A stretch of 63,836 bases of DNA, counting the filler, from Octopus bimaculoides (taxonomy: Eukaryota), in the NCBI RefSeq assembly GCF_001194135.2. It is 6 parts of 4 records of this genome, joined end to end, with 100 filler letters (N's around TTAATTAATTAA, not from the genome) between each part and the next. Parts side by side here need not be neighbours in the genome. Positions count along the whole stretch, not along the records: positions 53,809 to 61,792 come from NC_068981.1; positions 61,893 to 63,836 come from NC_068999.1; 4 more parts are not named here. The stretch is one strand, 5' to 3'. The position numbers and the translations under genes were made by a program. The notes under the pieces were generated by a model that saw nothing but the letters and a program-made list of their open reading frames with translations, made no database searches and was not told the origin of the DNA. Numbering within the stretch: the stretch's first letter is position 1; every line of letters begins with the position of its first letter. Positions 54,146 through 63,836 of the stretch are shown in pieces.

Positions 54146-54599
54146 ATAAGTATATGTATATATATATATACATATACATACACAGAAATGCACACACATA
54201 CATATTTATATACTTTCTTACGTGTGTGTGTGTGTGTGTGCATTTGCATATATAAGTATGTTTTTTTATTCTCTTTTATAAAGTCGTCACGTAAGCTACT
54301 TTAAGCTCATAATGAGACATTTCAGAATTAGCATAGCTCCAATATTTTTTAATAAAACACAGCTGCCCAACTAAACTGTTTGAACAATAGATTATTAAAT
54401 TGTTGTTGTTGGTGTTGTTTCTGCTGATTCTGTTGCTGCTGTTGTTGTATGCATGGTGGGTGTAAAACCAGAATATAGTCATTATTAAGTGGGAAGAAAT
54501 AAAAAAAACATCAAAAAAATACAAATATAGAATAAGATACAATATAAAATCTTACTATGTTAGTTTCATTCAAGAAGGCTATCTATCTATCTATCCATT

Positions 54600-55015
54600 C
54601 AGTCAGACAACTTCCCTATATCAATACAACTCTTCCACACCAGATGTCCTGAACTTCCATAGCAGTTTTCATATCCTCAACCTGATATCTATTTTTTTAC
54701 ACAAGTTGATCAATATATGGTCTTCTCAGTCAGCTGATAACTGTATGTCCATGAGTGAGTTTCCAGAGAAGGAGATCCCTGGATATTTCATCCTTGTTTC
54801 TCTAGCAGTCTCCTGCATAACGTGTTCTTCTTTCTCTGATTACGGAGGTCATGGTAGGAAGAGTGCCATACAGTTGCTGCTTTGTTGGGTATTGCTACCA
54901 AGAAAGATTGAGAACTGCACAAAGTATTCTCATGTATGTACTGTCAAGCTTCTTTCCAAATCTCTTGTTTGGTGTTCCTGCTGGGGAACCATAGAGAAAC
55001 TGATTCAACAACTAG
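54600..55015 (-). mobile_element. RTE-X/RTE-like LINE, 3' end of ORF (decayed)
   Basis: VVESV-LYGS..KKLDSTYMRILCAVLNLSW*QYPTKQQLYGTLP..VIRERRTRYAGDC..DLLLWKLTHG..PYIDQL. Confidence 0.7.
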
Positions 55016-55620
55016 GTTAAAAGAAAAAATACCTCAGGCAGCTCACTCAGATCAAAAACAGAAACCAAACTAAAGCAAATATAGCAAATTAGAAGTTACT
55101 AAGCTAATATCTTTTTAACTAAATGGTAATAGGCTTTTTCATCAACACTAATAATTTATTTGTTTTTATCTCTGAATCACAACAGAGTGGTAGGAGAAAG
55201 CTGTTTTCAAAACTGAAAACCTGGCCAGAATATTTACAACAGAATGGACTCCATTAAAGGTACCCAAAGGATAGAAAGATAGTGGTGTTAAACTGGGTGA
55301 CAGATTAGTCTGTTATCCATGCAAACTACGGTAGGTTTTGAAATTAAAATGAAAATGTAAAGAGCCAGGACATTTACTGCAAAGTATCCCATCTGAAACA
55401 TTAACAATTCTGCCTGTCTGCTGATTTAGCCAGTAGTTTATTCATTGATGTAGAGGGATGAAAGGTAAAGATGAGTTTGATTAGATTTGATCTTAAAATA
55501 CTGGTATTTATACTATAAAATAAGAAGGGAGAAGGGTCAAAATGGATAATGGTAGGATCTTAACTAAGAAATGTGAACCTACAGGATAAATCCTTTCAGA
55601 CATAGTTCATTTTCTTGTCA

Positions 55621-55657
<37 letters not shown>

Positions 55658-55661
<4 letters not shown>

Positions 55662-55771
55662 CAGATTGGAGCCTGGTGTAGCCATCTGGTTCACCAGTCC
55701 TCAGTCAAATCGTCCAACCTATGCTAGCATGGAAAGCAGACGTTAAACGACGACGATGATGATGATGATGA
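55658..55771 (+). mobile_element. Family D 3' tail copy
   Basis: Near-identical to ~59968-60080 (AAATCAGATTGGAGCCTGGTGTAGCCATCTGG...GATGATGATG). Confidence 0.8.
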
Positions 55772-56228
55772 ATTCACAAAAAAAATTAAAAGACGAAGAC
55801 AGGTGGTGTAGAAAGCAAACATGTATTAGTATAATGCTCAAAAAGTGAAAAACATTTCGAGCCTATGCTCTTCCACAGAAAGGAACACAGAAGGAAACAA
55901 GGAGAGAAACACAGAGAGAAAAAAAAAAGGGGAGAGAAAAAAAGGAATGTGTAGTGGCTAGCGATCTATCATGCCGAAGCTTTGTGATTGAATTTGGTAG
56001 GCGGAAGTTACTGTCGTGTGTGTATATGTCTGTGTATGTGCTTGTGCCTCTCTTCCACAGAGTGAGAGAGGGATATATATATATACACACACACATACAT
56101 ACATATACATATACATATATAGAAAATATCATTAAAATTGATATTAATATCCTTGAAAATATATATTAACACATAATCAAGGCTAGCCAAAATTAGTGAA
56201 ATTCAAATTGAACAAAAAGAATGCTTAA

Positions 56229-56576
56229 AGCTGGTTCAACCTAAGACATTGCTTCATTCAACTAAGTTTCTATCAGCCATAACGTAGAATTCTTGTCTTT
56301 ATTTTTTTTATTCTTTAGTTATCCAGTGATGTCACCAGTAGTTGTATACAAAAATAGCCTTTCTTAGATTCTACTTCTATATAGATTTCTAATTGTCATA
56401 ATATAGAATTCCTATGTTTATTCTTTTATTATTTCATTAGCCATTGACATCACCAATAGTTGAATACAAATATAACCTTTCTTAAATATGTTTATTTTTT
56501 ATTTTCATAAAATATTTTTGTTATCCAGTGGTGTTACCATTAGTTGAATAAAGCAATGTCTTAGGTTGAATCAGCT
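56229..56576. mobile_element. Non-autonomous DNA transposon (MITE) with TTAA TSD and AG...CT termini, Kolobok-like
   Basis: TTAA(56225-28)|AGCTGGTTCAACCTAAGACATTGCTTCATTCAACTAA ... TTAGTTGAATAAAGCAATGTCTTAGGTTGAATCAGCT|TTAA(56577-80). 37-bp TIR with 2 mismatches; no ORF. Confidence 0.75.
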
Positions 56577-56591
56577 TTAAGTGTTCCTTTA

Positions 56592-56963
56592 TATAAGTTA
56601 GCAAAATATTATCAGAAAAAAAGTTAGACATTTAAAAAATTACTTGTTGACCTATCTGTTCATTCCAGCAGACCAAATATATTCTATTCTACCTTATTTA
56701 TTTTTATCCTATTATTATTTCTTTATTTTATTCTTATTTTATTTTTTAGTTTTTAGTTTTATTTTACTTCTTATTTTATTTTATCTTATTCTTTATTTTA
56801 TTTTTTCCATTACATTCAAATTAATCCGTTGACTCTCAAACAATACGAAAATAAAAAATAAAAAATAAAACAATTCCAAGTCTGCTGGAATGAACAGATA
56901 GGTCAACATGTAATTTCTTTAATATCTAACTTTTCCCTGATGATGTTTTGCTCATAACTTATA
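56592..56963. mobile_element. Fold-back/MITE-like element with ~80 bp inverted arms around an AT-rich low-complexity core
   Basis: 56640-56673 TTACTTGTTGACCTATCTGTTCATTCCAGCAGAC versus 56880-56913 (1 mismatch in 34); imperfect complementarity continues outward to ~56592/56963. Superfamily not determined. Confidence 0.7.
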
Positions 56964-57354
56964 AATGCAAATTTCATGCACAAATTTGTAATTTATTCAA
57001 TGAGTATAAATGAAAACAGCTGTAGGAAGAAATGATTATCAATTAATTAATAAATGATTATTAACCACTAACTCTCCATTTTCTTCTCTTAATTCAATAT
57101 GGATTATATACTTAATATATACCTATTGATTTTGGGAAATTTTATTTCCTAAAGATATAAAGTATAGAACCAATGTTTTCTTGGATGTAATCATCCTTTT
57201 AAGAGGTTAATATATCCTCTAATTGACTTATATATGTGTGTGGGTGTGTGTGTGTGCACGCGTGTGTGTGTGTGTGTGTCTATTTGTCTGTCTGTCTGTG
57301 CATGTGTGTGTGTATATATGTGTATGTATATATCTATGTATATATGTGTGTGTG

Positions 57355-57386
<32 letters not shown>

Positions 57387-57412
57387 NNNNNNNNNNTATA
57401 TATGTGTGTGTG

Positions 57413-57446
<34 letters not shown>

Positions 57447-57949
57447 TGTATGTATATATGCATGAGTTGTCTAAGAGGCCATAAGTCAGGGAAAAGATGC
57501 ACTCATATATCTGTCAATAGAGTGGGTATATTATCCAAAATATATAGTATTATATATCCATTGCAGCTGGTCTTACCAATCAGTTTCACTCAAGGAATAC
57601 AATGGAGTGTTAGGCAACAATCTGATTATATAACCTTACGCTCATCAGAGTTAGCTGATATGGAAGGAAATATAGCAACTGTTCTCTATTGTCGGAGGTG
57701 GATTAATACAACCGGTCAACAGCTGCTGCAAAAGAGGTGCTGAAACTAAAAAGGGCTAAGGGGATTAGATTAGGTGTTATGTCCCTTGGTTGGGTATGCT
57801 GTGAGGCCAGTAAGAGTTATCTTGAAGTTTTTGTAGGGAAAGTGTACATTATTAAATGTGGTACTCCTGTGGGGATGGGGTGTGAGATATGTGTAGTGGT
57901 GTCATATGCATAATTTTTTCCAGGGGTGTATTAACCAATGCCCTCGGAC

Positions 57950-58290
57950 CCACACACACCAAGAAATATTTTTTCGGTGTTTGTGCTCATTCTCATTCAA
58001 TGTCTATCCTCAGTTAGTCAGCTGTTGCTGGTTTTGTACCATGAACTTTATCTTTTAAATATTCTCATTAAAAATACCTAGTGGTGTGCAGTCTGGTGAG
58101 TGTAGAAAGCATTGTACAAAACCTCTTTGCTCAATCTACCATTTTTGCAAAGTCTCATCAAGGTAGGCCCTTGCACTACAGTGGGAGGGTGGGTATGCCC
58201 CATTGTTCTGGAAATATATCTTCACATCTTCAAAGTCCTCTTGAAAGCTTGGTCAGACAGATTGTTACAGTAAGTTTAACCTTTTAGCAT
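57950..58290 (-). mobile_element. Tc1/mariner-superfamily transposase catalytic-domain fragment
   Basis: Minus strand IYFQNNGAYPPSH..RAYLDETLQKW*IEQRG..HSPDCTPLGIF / YLKDKVHGTKPAT resembles FQQDGAPxH..RxYLDE...WIGR.G..RSPDLTPLDF..LKD.VY..KP. Confidence 0.7.
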
Positions 58291-58334
58291 TCAGATTATT
58301 TTGTCAAATGTAATGCTTATCTATGCACATTGAC

Positions 58335-58523
58335 AGTGACATGTAAAAAGCACCCAGTACATTCTGTAAAGTGGTTGGCACTAGGAAGGGCATCCAGCTG
58401 TAGAAACCATGCCACAATAGACAGTTGGAGTCCAGAAAGCTCCTTGCTAGCCAGCTCCATGTCAAACCATCCAACCCATACCAGACTGGAGACCAGACAT
58501 TAAATGATGATGATGATGATGAT
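58335..58523 (+). mobile_element. Family D-related 3' tail copy (diverged)
   Basis: AAAAGCACCCA..GTGGTTGGC..TAGGAAGGGCATCCAGCTGTAGAAAC..CCAACCCAT..TTAAATGATGATGATGAT. Confidence 0.7.
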
Positions 58524-59674
58524 TGCGTTAAATTAATCATGAATTGTCTTGTTGCATCAAAATTTTGATGATATGATTGTTTATTTTTAGAATGACATTC
58601 TAGGGTAGGTGTGATATTATTATTTATTTATTTTTTGTGGTGTATTTCTTTTATTAAGTGATGGTTTCCTTTCATTTATTAGTGTGTATTCATGTTCCTG
58701 TTGTAAAGAAGTGTCATATGGATATACTGAAATAATCTTTATGTCTATGTTATTCAGCATGCCATTGCATTTATCTTTAGCATGCTGATAGTTACCAACG
58801 TAGTATATCAGTATATTCTTGCCAATCTTCTTTCATTTGTTCAGCTAAACCCCTTGCAACTTCTCCTATATTTACTGTGGTCAAGTTCTTTCATTTGCCC
58901 TTCATACATTTTAATCGATACACTATATTCCTTATTTCACAGTTGGTCCTTGAGTTTGTATTTCATACAATTTCTATTGGCACATATCAAAGGAGTAAGT
59001 TCTACTTACCTGTGATTTAATGGATTTTCCTAACATCTCTACTACTTTAATTCTAAGTTCAGTGTACTCAGAGCTTTTGTAAACCTACAGGCTAATTATC
59101 CTGTCAGTTTAGCATTAATAAATAATAGCCCTTGACACTTGTCACAATTGTACCATGTGTTTATCTTATCTTCTTACTAATCTTTTGTAGGCTGTTCCAT
59201 AGTTTGTTTAGGTTGGGTTCTATTAGTATCATTTCTTATCATATCCTCAATTCTTTTCTATGCTTCCTTGTACACCCTGATTCTATCTTTTTGATTGAAA
59301 CCTGAGAACTGCATGCAATGCATGAAGTCCAGTGCTTGTTTCTCTATTCCACAGAATTTGCACATGGGGTCAATGGAAGCATATTATTCATTATCCTAAC
59401 TGAGTCTGCTATCAGTATATTTATCTTAATGTCATGGGATATAGCTGAATTCCCATGGATTACATGCTTAGTTTGAGTTTGGCATAATTTGAATGAAGGA
59501 ATTGTATTTTGTTATCTATAATTCAGTATCAAAGATGGAGAGTCAATTATTTGAGTGCATATTTGGTGGACAGAGTTAGCTATACACTGGATGATCTCCA
59601 GAGTACTCTTTTCAAGTTTGAACGAATAGTTTTTTGAAGTTGCCGTAACTATAAGGTTTTAATTGTGAAAACCT

Positions 59675-60080
59675 GTTGGGGCAAGTGAAAGCGAAATCGT
59701 GATGGCACCACCATTCGAGCGTGATCGTTACCAGTGTTGCCTTCTTGGCACTTGTGCCGGTGGCACGTGAAAAGTCATTCGAGTGAGATCATTGCCAGTG
59801 CCGCTGGACTGGCTCCTGTGCAGGTGGCACGTAAAATACACCATTTTGAGTGTGGCCATTGCCAGTACTGCCTGACTGGCCTTTGTGCTGGTGGCACGTA
59901 AAAGCACCCACTACACTCTTGGAGTGGTTGGCGTTAGGAAGGGCATCCAGCTGTAGAAACTCTGCCAAATCAGATTGGAGCCTGGTGTAGCCATCTGGTT
60001 CGCCAGTCCTCAGTCAAATCGTCCAACCCATGCTAGCATGGAAAGCAGATGTTAAACGATGATGATGATGATGATGATAT
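59675..60080 (+). mobile_element. RTE-tailed retroposon (family D) with three ~65-bp tandem subrepeats and a (GAT)n tail
   Basis: GTGGCACGT at 59760, 59824 and 59891; GGAGTGGTTGGCGTTAGGAAGGGCATCCAGCTGTAGAAAC; CAACCCATGCTAGCATGGAAA..GTTAAACGATGATGAT. Confidence 0.75.
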
Positions 60081-60442
60081 ACAAACTTAACATCAAAACT
60101 ACTTTAAATCAGTATACCAAAGCATGTAAATATATGCTATAATATCTTGGTAAAATGATGGGCTTAAACAAAACCTGACATTGGTTAATGAGTCAAAATC
60201 TAACATTTCTGCTGTTTCCACAAGAACTTGGAATATATAACTGAGATTCCCTCTATAACATAACTAAATTGTAAAAATACATATAGGCTCACTTACTGGT
60301 TGGCTTCATTAGTTATGTAGTGAATACATGTAACATAACATGCTAAGCCATTGTTGGACTGTGTTTGACAATGGCTCAGCTGGGCAAAACTTTGAAGTCA
60401 CTATCAATAATATTTTTGTTTAAGGATGTGTGTGTGTGTACA

Positions 60443-60573
60443 ACTGGCTTCTCTCAGTTTCTGTCAACCAAATTCACTCACAATGCTTTGGTCAGTTCAG
60501 GGCTATAGGAGAAGATACTTGCTCAAGAAGCCGCACAGGGGGACTGAACCCAGAACCACTTGGTTGAGAAGCA
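60443..60573 (-). mobile_element. SINE family B 5' half, upstream of the SLC7 exon
   Basis: GGCTTCTCTCAGTTTCTGTC.ACCAAATTCACTCACAA..CTATAG..GAAGA.ACTTGCTCAAG..GGGACTGAACCCAGAACCA. Confidence 0.75.
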
Positions 60574-60857
60574 ATGACTGCGCTTATTATTTTACTAAAG
60601 TATAACTATATTGGTAATACTTAACAAATAAGCTGAGCAATATCCTTATTTTCATAACAGAAAAAAGTGAAAATTTATGGGCTTGAATCTGCAGTCCCAG
60701 TGAACAAAAGTTACAGTGTAACTACTTCACTGAGCTGTGGACTCTAATAACTTTCCAACAACCTTCTAGTTTTCTAAATAACTAGAATTTTTACACATAC
60801 TTTCAAACATATTTATAAATTCACAGCCTTTCCATGTTTTCTTCATTATCTTCACAG

Positions 60858-61016
60858 GTTGGTTTTTCTCTCATAATATGGGCCATATGTGGTATTTTGT
60901 CAATGGTTGGAGCAATATGTTATGCAGAACTTGGAACAACGATTACAAAATCTGGAGGAGATTACTCTTATATCCTAGAGGCATTTGGTCCACTGCTAGC
61001 CTTTTTGCAACTATGG
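60858..61016 (+). CDS. Internal coding exon of an SLC7 (LAT/y+LAT/xCT-type) amino-acid transporter light chain, approx. TM2-TM3 region
   Basis: Acceptor ttcattatcttcacAG at 60856-57 and donor GTaagt at 61017. 159 nt = [53 protein letters not shown], with the SLC7 hallmark [27 protein letters not shown]. Family is clear; the specific ortholog is not assignable. Confidence 0.93.
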
Positions 61017-61127
61017 GTAAGTTAAATCTTGTGTTCTATTTTCCAATGAAATTAATGCAGTTGATGTACAGCTTGAACATCTGTTGGAACATCTACATCA
61101 TTATTGTTTTAATATCCATTTATCCAT

Positions 61128-61340
61128 AGGCAGTGAGCAGGCAGAAATGTTAGCATGCCAGGCAAAATACTTGGTATTTCGTCTGTCTTCACATTCTGAG
61201 TTCAAATTCTGCTGAAGTCGATTTTGCCTTTCATCCTTTCGAGGTCAATAAATTTAGTACCAATTGTGTATTGGGGTCAATCTAATCGACTGGTGCCCTC
61301 CCAAAAAATTTCAGGCCTTGTGCCCAGGGTAGAAAAGAAT
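61128..61340 (+). mobile_element. SINE family A copy (CpG-decayed), ~110 bp downstream of the SLC7 exon
   Basis: Aligns end-to-end with 43894-44109, with multiple CG to TG/CA changes. Confidence 0.85.
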
Positions 61341-61557
61341 ATCCATTTTTCCATGCTTGTATGAGTCAGAGAGAGTTTATTGAGACAGATTTTCTATAGC
61401 TAGATGCCCTTGCTGTCACCAACCCTTACCTGTTTCTATGTAAGGTAAATATTTTCCCATGACCAAACAAGTTTTCACAGAAGATTGAACACAAAGGATA
61501 CTGCTTGCATAACAGTGATGCTTGTTTACAATTATCACATGATTCAAGGCAAGGAGA

Positions 61558-61606
<49 letters not shown>

Positions 61607-61609
61607 AAC

Positions 61610-61680
61610 CAGCGTTTCTCAACTGGGGTTCCCCAGGACCCTAGGGTTCCGCAAAAGGTTACTAGGGGTTCCACGAGAAA
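61610..61680 (+). mobile_element. hAT (Charlie-like) element left end, truncated by a gap
   Basis: CAGCGTTTCTCAACTGGGGTTCC... resembles hAT CAG(G/T)GxTTCTCAA termini, followed by repeated GGGTTCC subterminal motifs. Other end not visible. Confidence 0.5.
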
Positions 61681-61792
61681 GAGTGAGATAAGCTAATGCT
61701 AATTTTATGATCGTAATATTACTATACATGTACAACATATTGTTGGTTATTGTAATATTGTAATATAGACATCATTCTATTTAACGTATTAT

Positions 61793-61892
61793 NNNNNNNN
61801 NNNNNNNNNNNNNNNNNNNNNNNNNNNNNNNNNNNNTTAATTAATTAANNNNNNNNNNNNNNNNNNNNNNNNNNNNNNNNNNNNNNNNNNNN
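61793..61892. other. Artificial 100-bp scaffold gap with six-frame-stop linker
   Basis: TTAATTAATTAA at 61837-48 between N runs. Confidence 0.95.
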
Positions 61893-62013
61893 TGCTTCTC
61901 AATCGCATGGTTCCGGGTTCAGTCCCACTGCGTAACACCTTGGGAAAAGTGTCTTCTACTATAGCCTCGGGCCGACCAAAATTTGCTAGGCGGAAACTGA
62001 AAGAAGCCCGTCG
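61893..62013 (+). mobile_element. SINE family B 5' half, downstream of the SLC7 exon (after a linker gap)
   Basis: ATGGTTCCGGGTTCAGTCCCACTGCG..CCTTGGG..AAGTGTCTTCTACTATAGCCTCGGGCCGACCAAA..GGAAACTGAAAGAAGCCCGTCG. Confidence 0.85.
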
Positions 62014-62015
62014 TG

Positions 62016-62094
<79 letters not shown>

Positions 62095-63048
62095 CATATT
62101 TTCATTCCTCTATCAGTGTTGGTCCTCCCAAATTCATTTGTCTCCTCTCTCTCTCTCTCTCTATCCTTTTTACTCCCACTTCCCTCCCCCATCACTTTTT
62201 CAACATTTTTCCGAAATGTTTGTCCTCCATGCGCAACATCACTCTATAAAAATAATATTAAAATTATAATGAAGTATATATTTCAACAGTGTATGTGCAT
62301 CTATGCATATATACATGTGTGTGCTTTTTGTGTTTGTGCTTGCGTGTGTGCGTGTGTATGCGTTTTATGTGTATGTGTATGTGTGTTGATATGCATACAC
62401 ATATATATGCGTATGACCATGAACATATTTTGGCATATATATAAATGTGTGTGCACTTATGTATAGATATATTCTTAGATATCTGTGCAAATGTTTATGC
62501 GTTTATTGTGTGCGTATAAATGTGTGTGTAAGTTAAATGGGCATACATCTCTAGGCCTACATATCTCCGTACTATAAACATTAATACACATTCACATTTA
62601 TATTAGATATTAAAAAATCTATCCTAAACATACATTCACAAACACACATGCACACCACAGACGCATACACATTATATATGCATAAACACACACACACACA
62701 CATATATATACATATATCACTCCATGTTAAAACCATGTTTTGGGAAATAATACATTAAAACTATTTCAAGCATCCAAATAGATTATCTGCCTTACGATTG
62801 TACGCATACACACACGACCATACAGGTACACATACATACTTTTGTACGTGTGTGTGTGTGTGTGGAGAGAGAGAGAGATAGGAGGTGGAAGGAAGGGAGG
62901 GACTGAGGGGAGTGGAGGGAGAGTGAGTGTACATTACGACAAATGTAAGCTATTTGTGAAATTTATTGCATTACATCAAAATATATTGTTCTTTATTAAA
63001 AATTATATAATATACTGTATAGATATAACTACATGTGTGTGCGTGTGT

Positions 63049-63089
<41 letters not shown>

Positions 63090-63246
63090 GTGTATATAGC
63101 AATAGTATAGACATATATAAATACGTATATACATACATGCATATATATATATATTGTGCATATATATATTGTACATGCAGATAGATATAGAGAGAGAGAG
63201 GGGAGGGAGAGGGACAGACAGATAGATAAATAGATCGATTGATAAG

Positions 63247-63282
<36 letters not shown>

Positions 63283-63795
63283 AAAAGGAGAATGTGAGAA
63301 CACACGTGAAAACGGTGAAAAACGGAAAAAGACAAATTTCTCCGGAAAACCTCTTGTTAGCTCTTGCATCCAGAGTCGTTGCGGTTTTAGCACATATAAC
63401 CTATAGAAACATTCATTCAAAGAAGGACTACTGTACGCCAGAAGAACACCAGTAATGGTAAGCACCACTAAGTTAATGAAGAGTCTTCTGTATCTTAAAT
63501 ATTCAGACTGAAGACTCTTTTTTTTTCTGTCTTCTACGGAGACAAGCAATAGACGAGACGAGAAATTCGACAAGGAATGGGCTCTCTTCTTTGTTATCCA
63601 CTTTTTCTATAATTCTTTTACACTTCTTGTGCACACAACAACTCCTTTTTATTCTCTTCAATAGAGGTTTCCTCCTTTCTGTTTCTCTCTCTCTCTCTCT
63701 TTCTGTCTCTCTTTTCCTCTATCTATCTATCTATCTATCTATGTCACACACTATATTCTTGTACATTATCGCCCCTTACTGCTACTTTAACCTTT

Positions 63796-63836
<41 letters not shown>

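Noticed and set aside
58680-59640. Possible LINE C-terminal zinc knuckle on the minus strand (DPMCKFCGIE..HC)
   Set aside because: Only a CxxC pair with wrong His/Cys spacing; insufficient to call an element.

Overview
AT-rich, microsatellite-saturated eukaryotic scaffold with many N gaps. From recalled SINE families it is most likely a cephalopod (Octopus); this is inference, not a database result. Only one host coding exon is supportable: a 159-nt, phase 0/0 exon at 60858-61016 (+) of an SLC7 L-type/heteromeric amino-acid transporter light chain. The rest is a transposon graveyard. DNA transposons: a full-length decayed IR-DR Tc1 (51153-52926), mariner and other Tc1 fragments, a Helitron Pif1-helicase fragment, a hAT end, a TTAA-flanked Kolobok-like MITE and an abutting fold-back element. 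Retroelements: R4/Dong, RTE, RTE-X and CR1-group LINE pieces, Penelope-like RT and GIY-YIG remnants, and several tRNA-derived SINE families. There is also a tRNA-Thr-like pseudogene. Five 44N-TTAATTAATTAA-44N blocks are artificial scaffolding linkers, so adjacency across them is unproven. Nearly all ORFs in the supplied track are microsatellite or N artefacts. No CRISPR array, rRNA or intact transposase/RT ORF was found, and I cannot support a genuinely new biological system. The best hidden signals are a CpG-depleted domain around the SLC7 exon (possible gene-body methylation footprint or mis-scaffolded contig), an inverted SINE pair bracketing that frame-symmetric exon, and the unusual DNA-transposon architectures.
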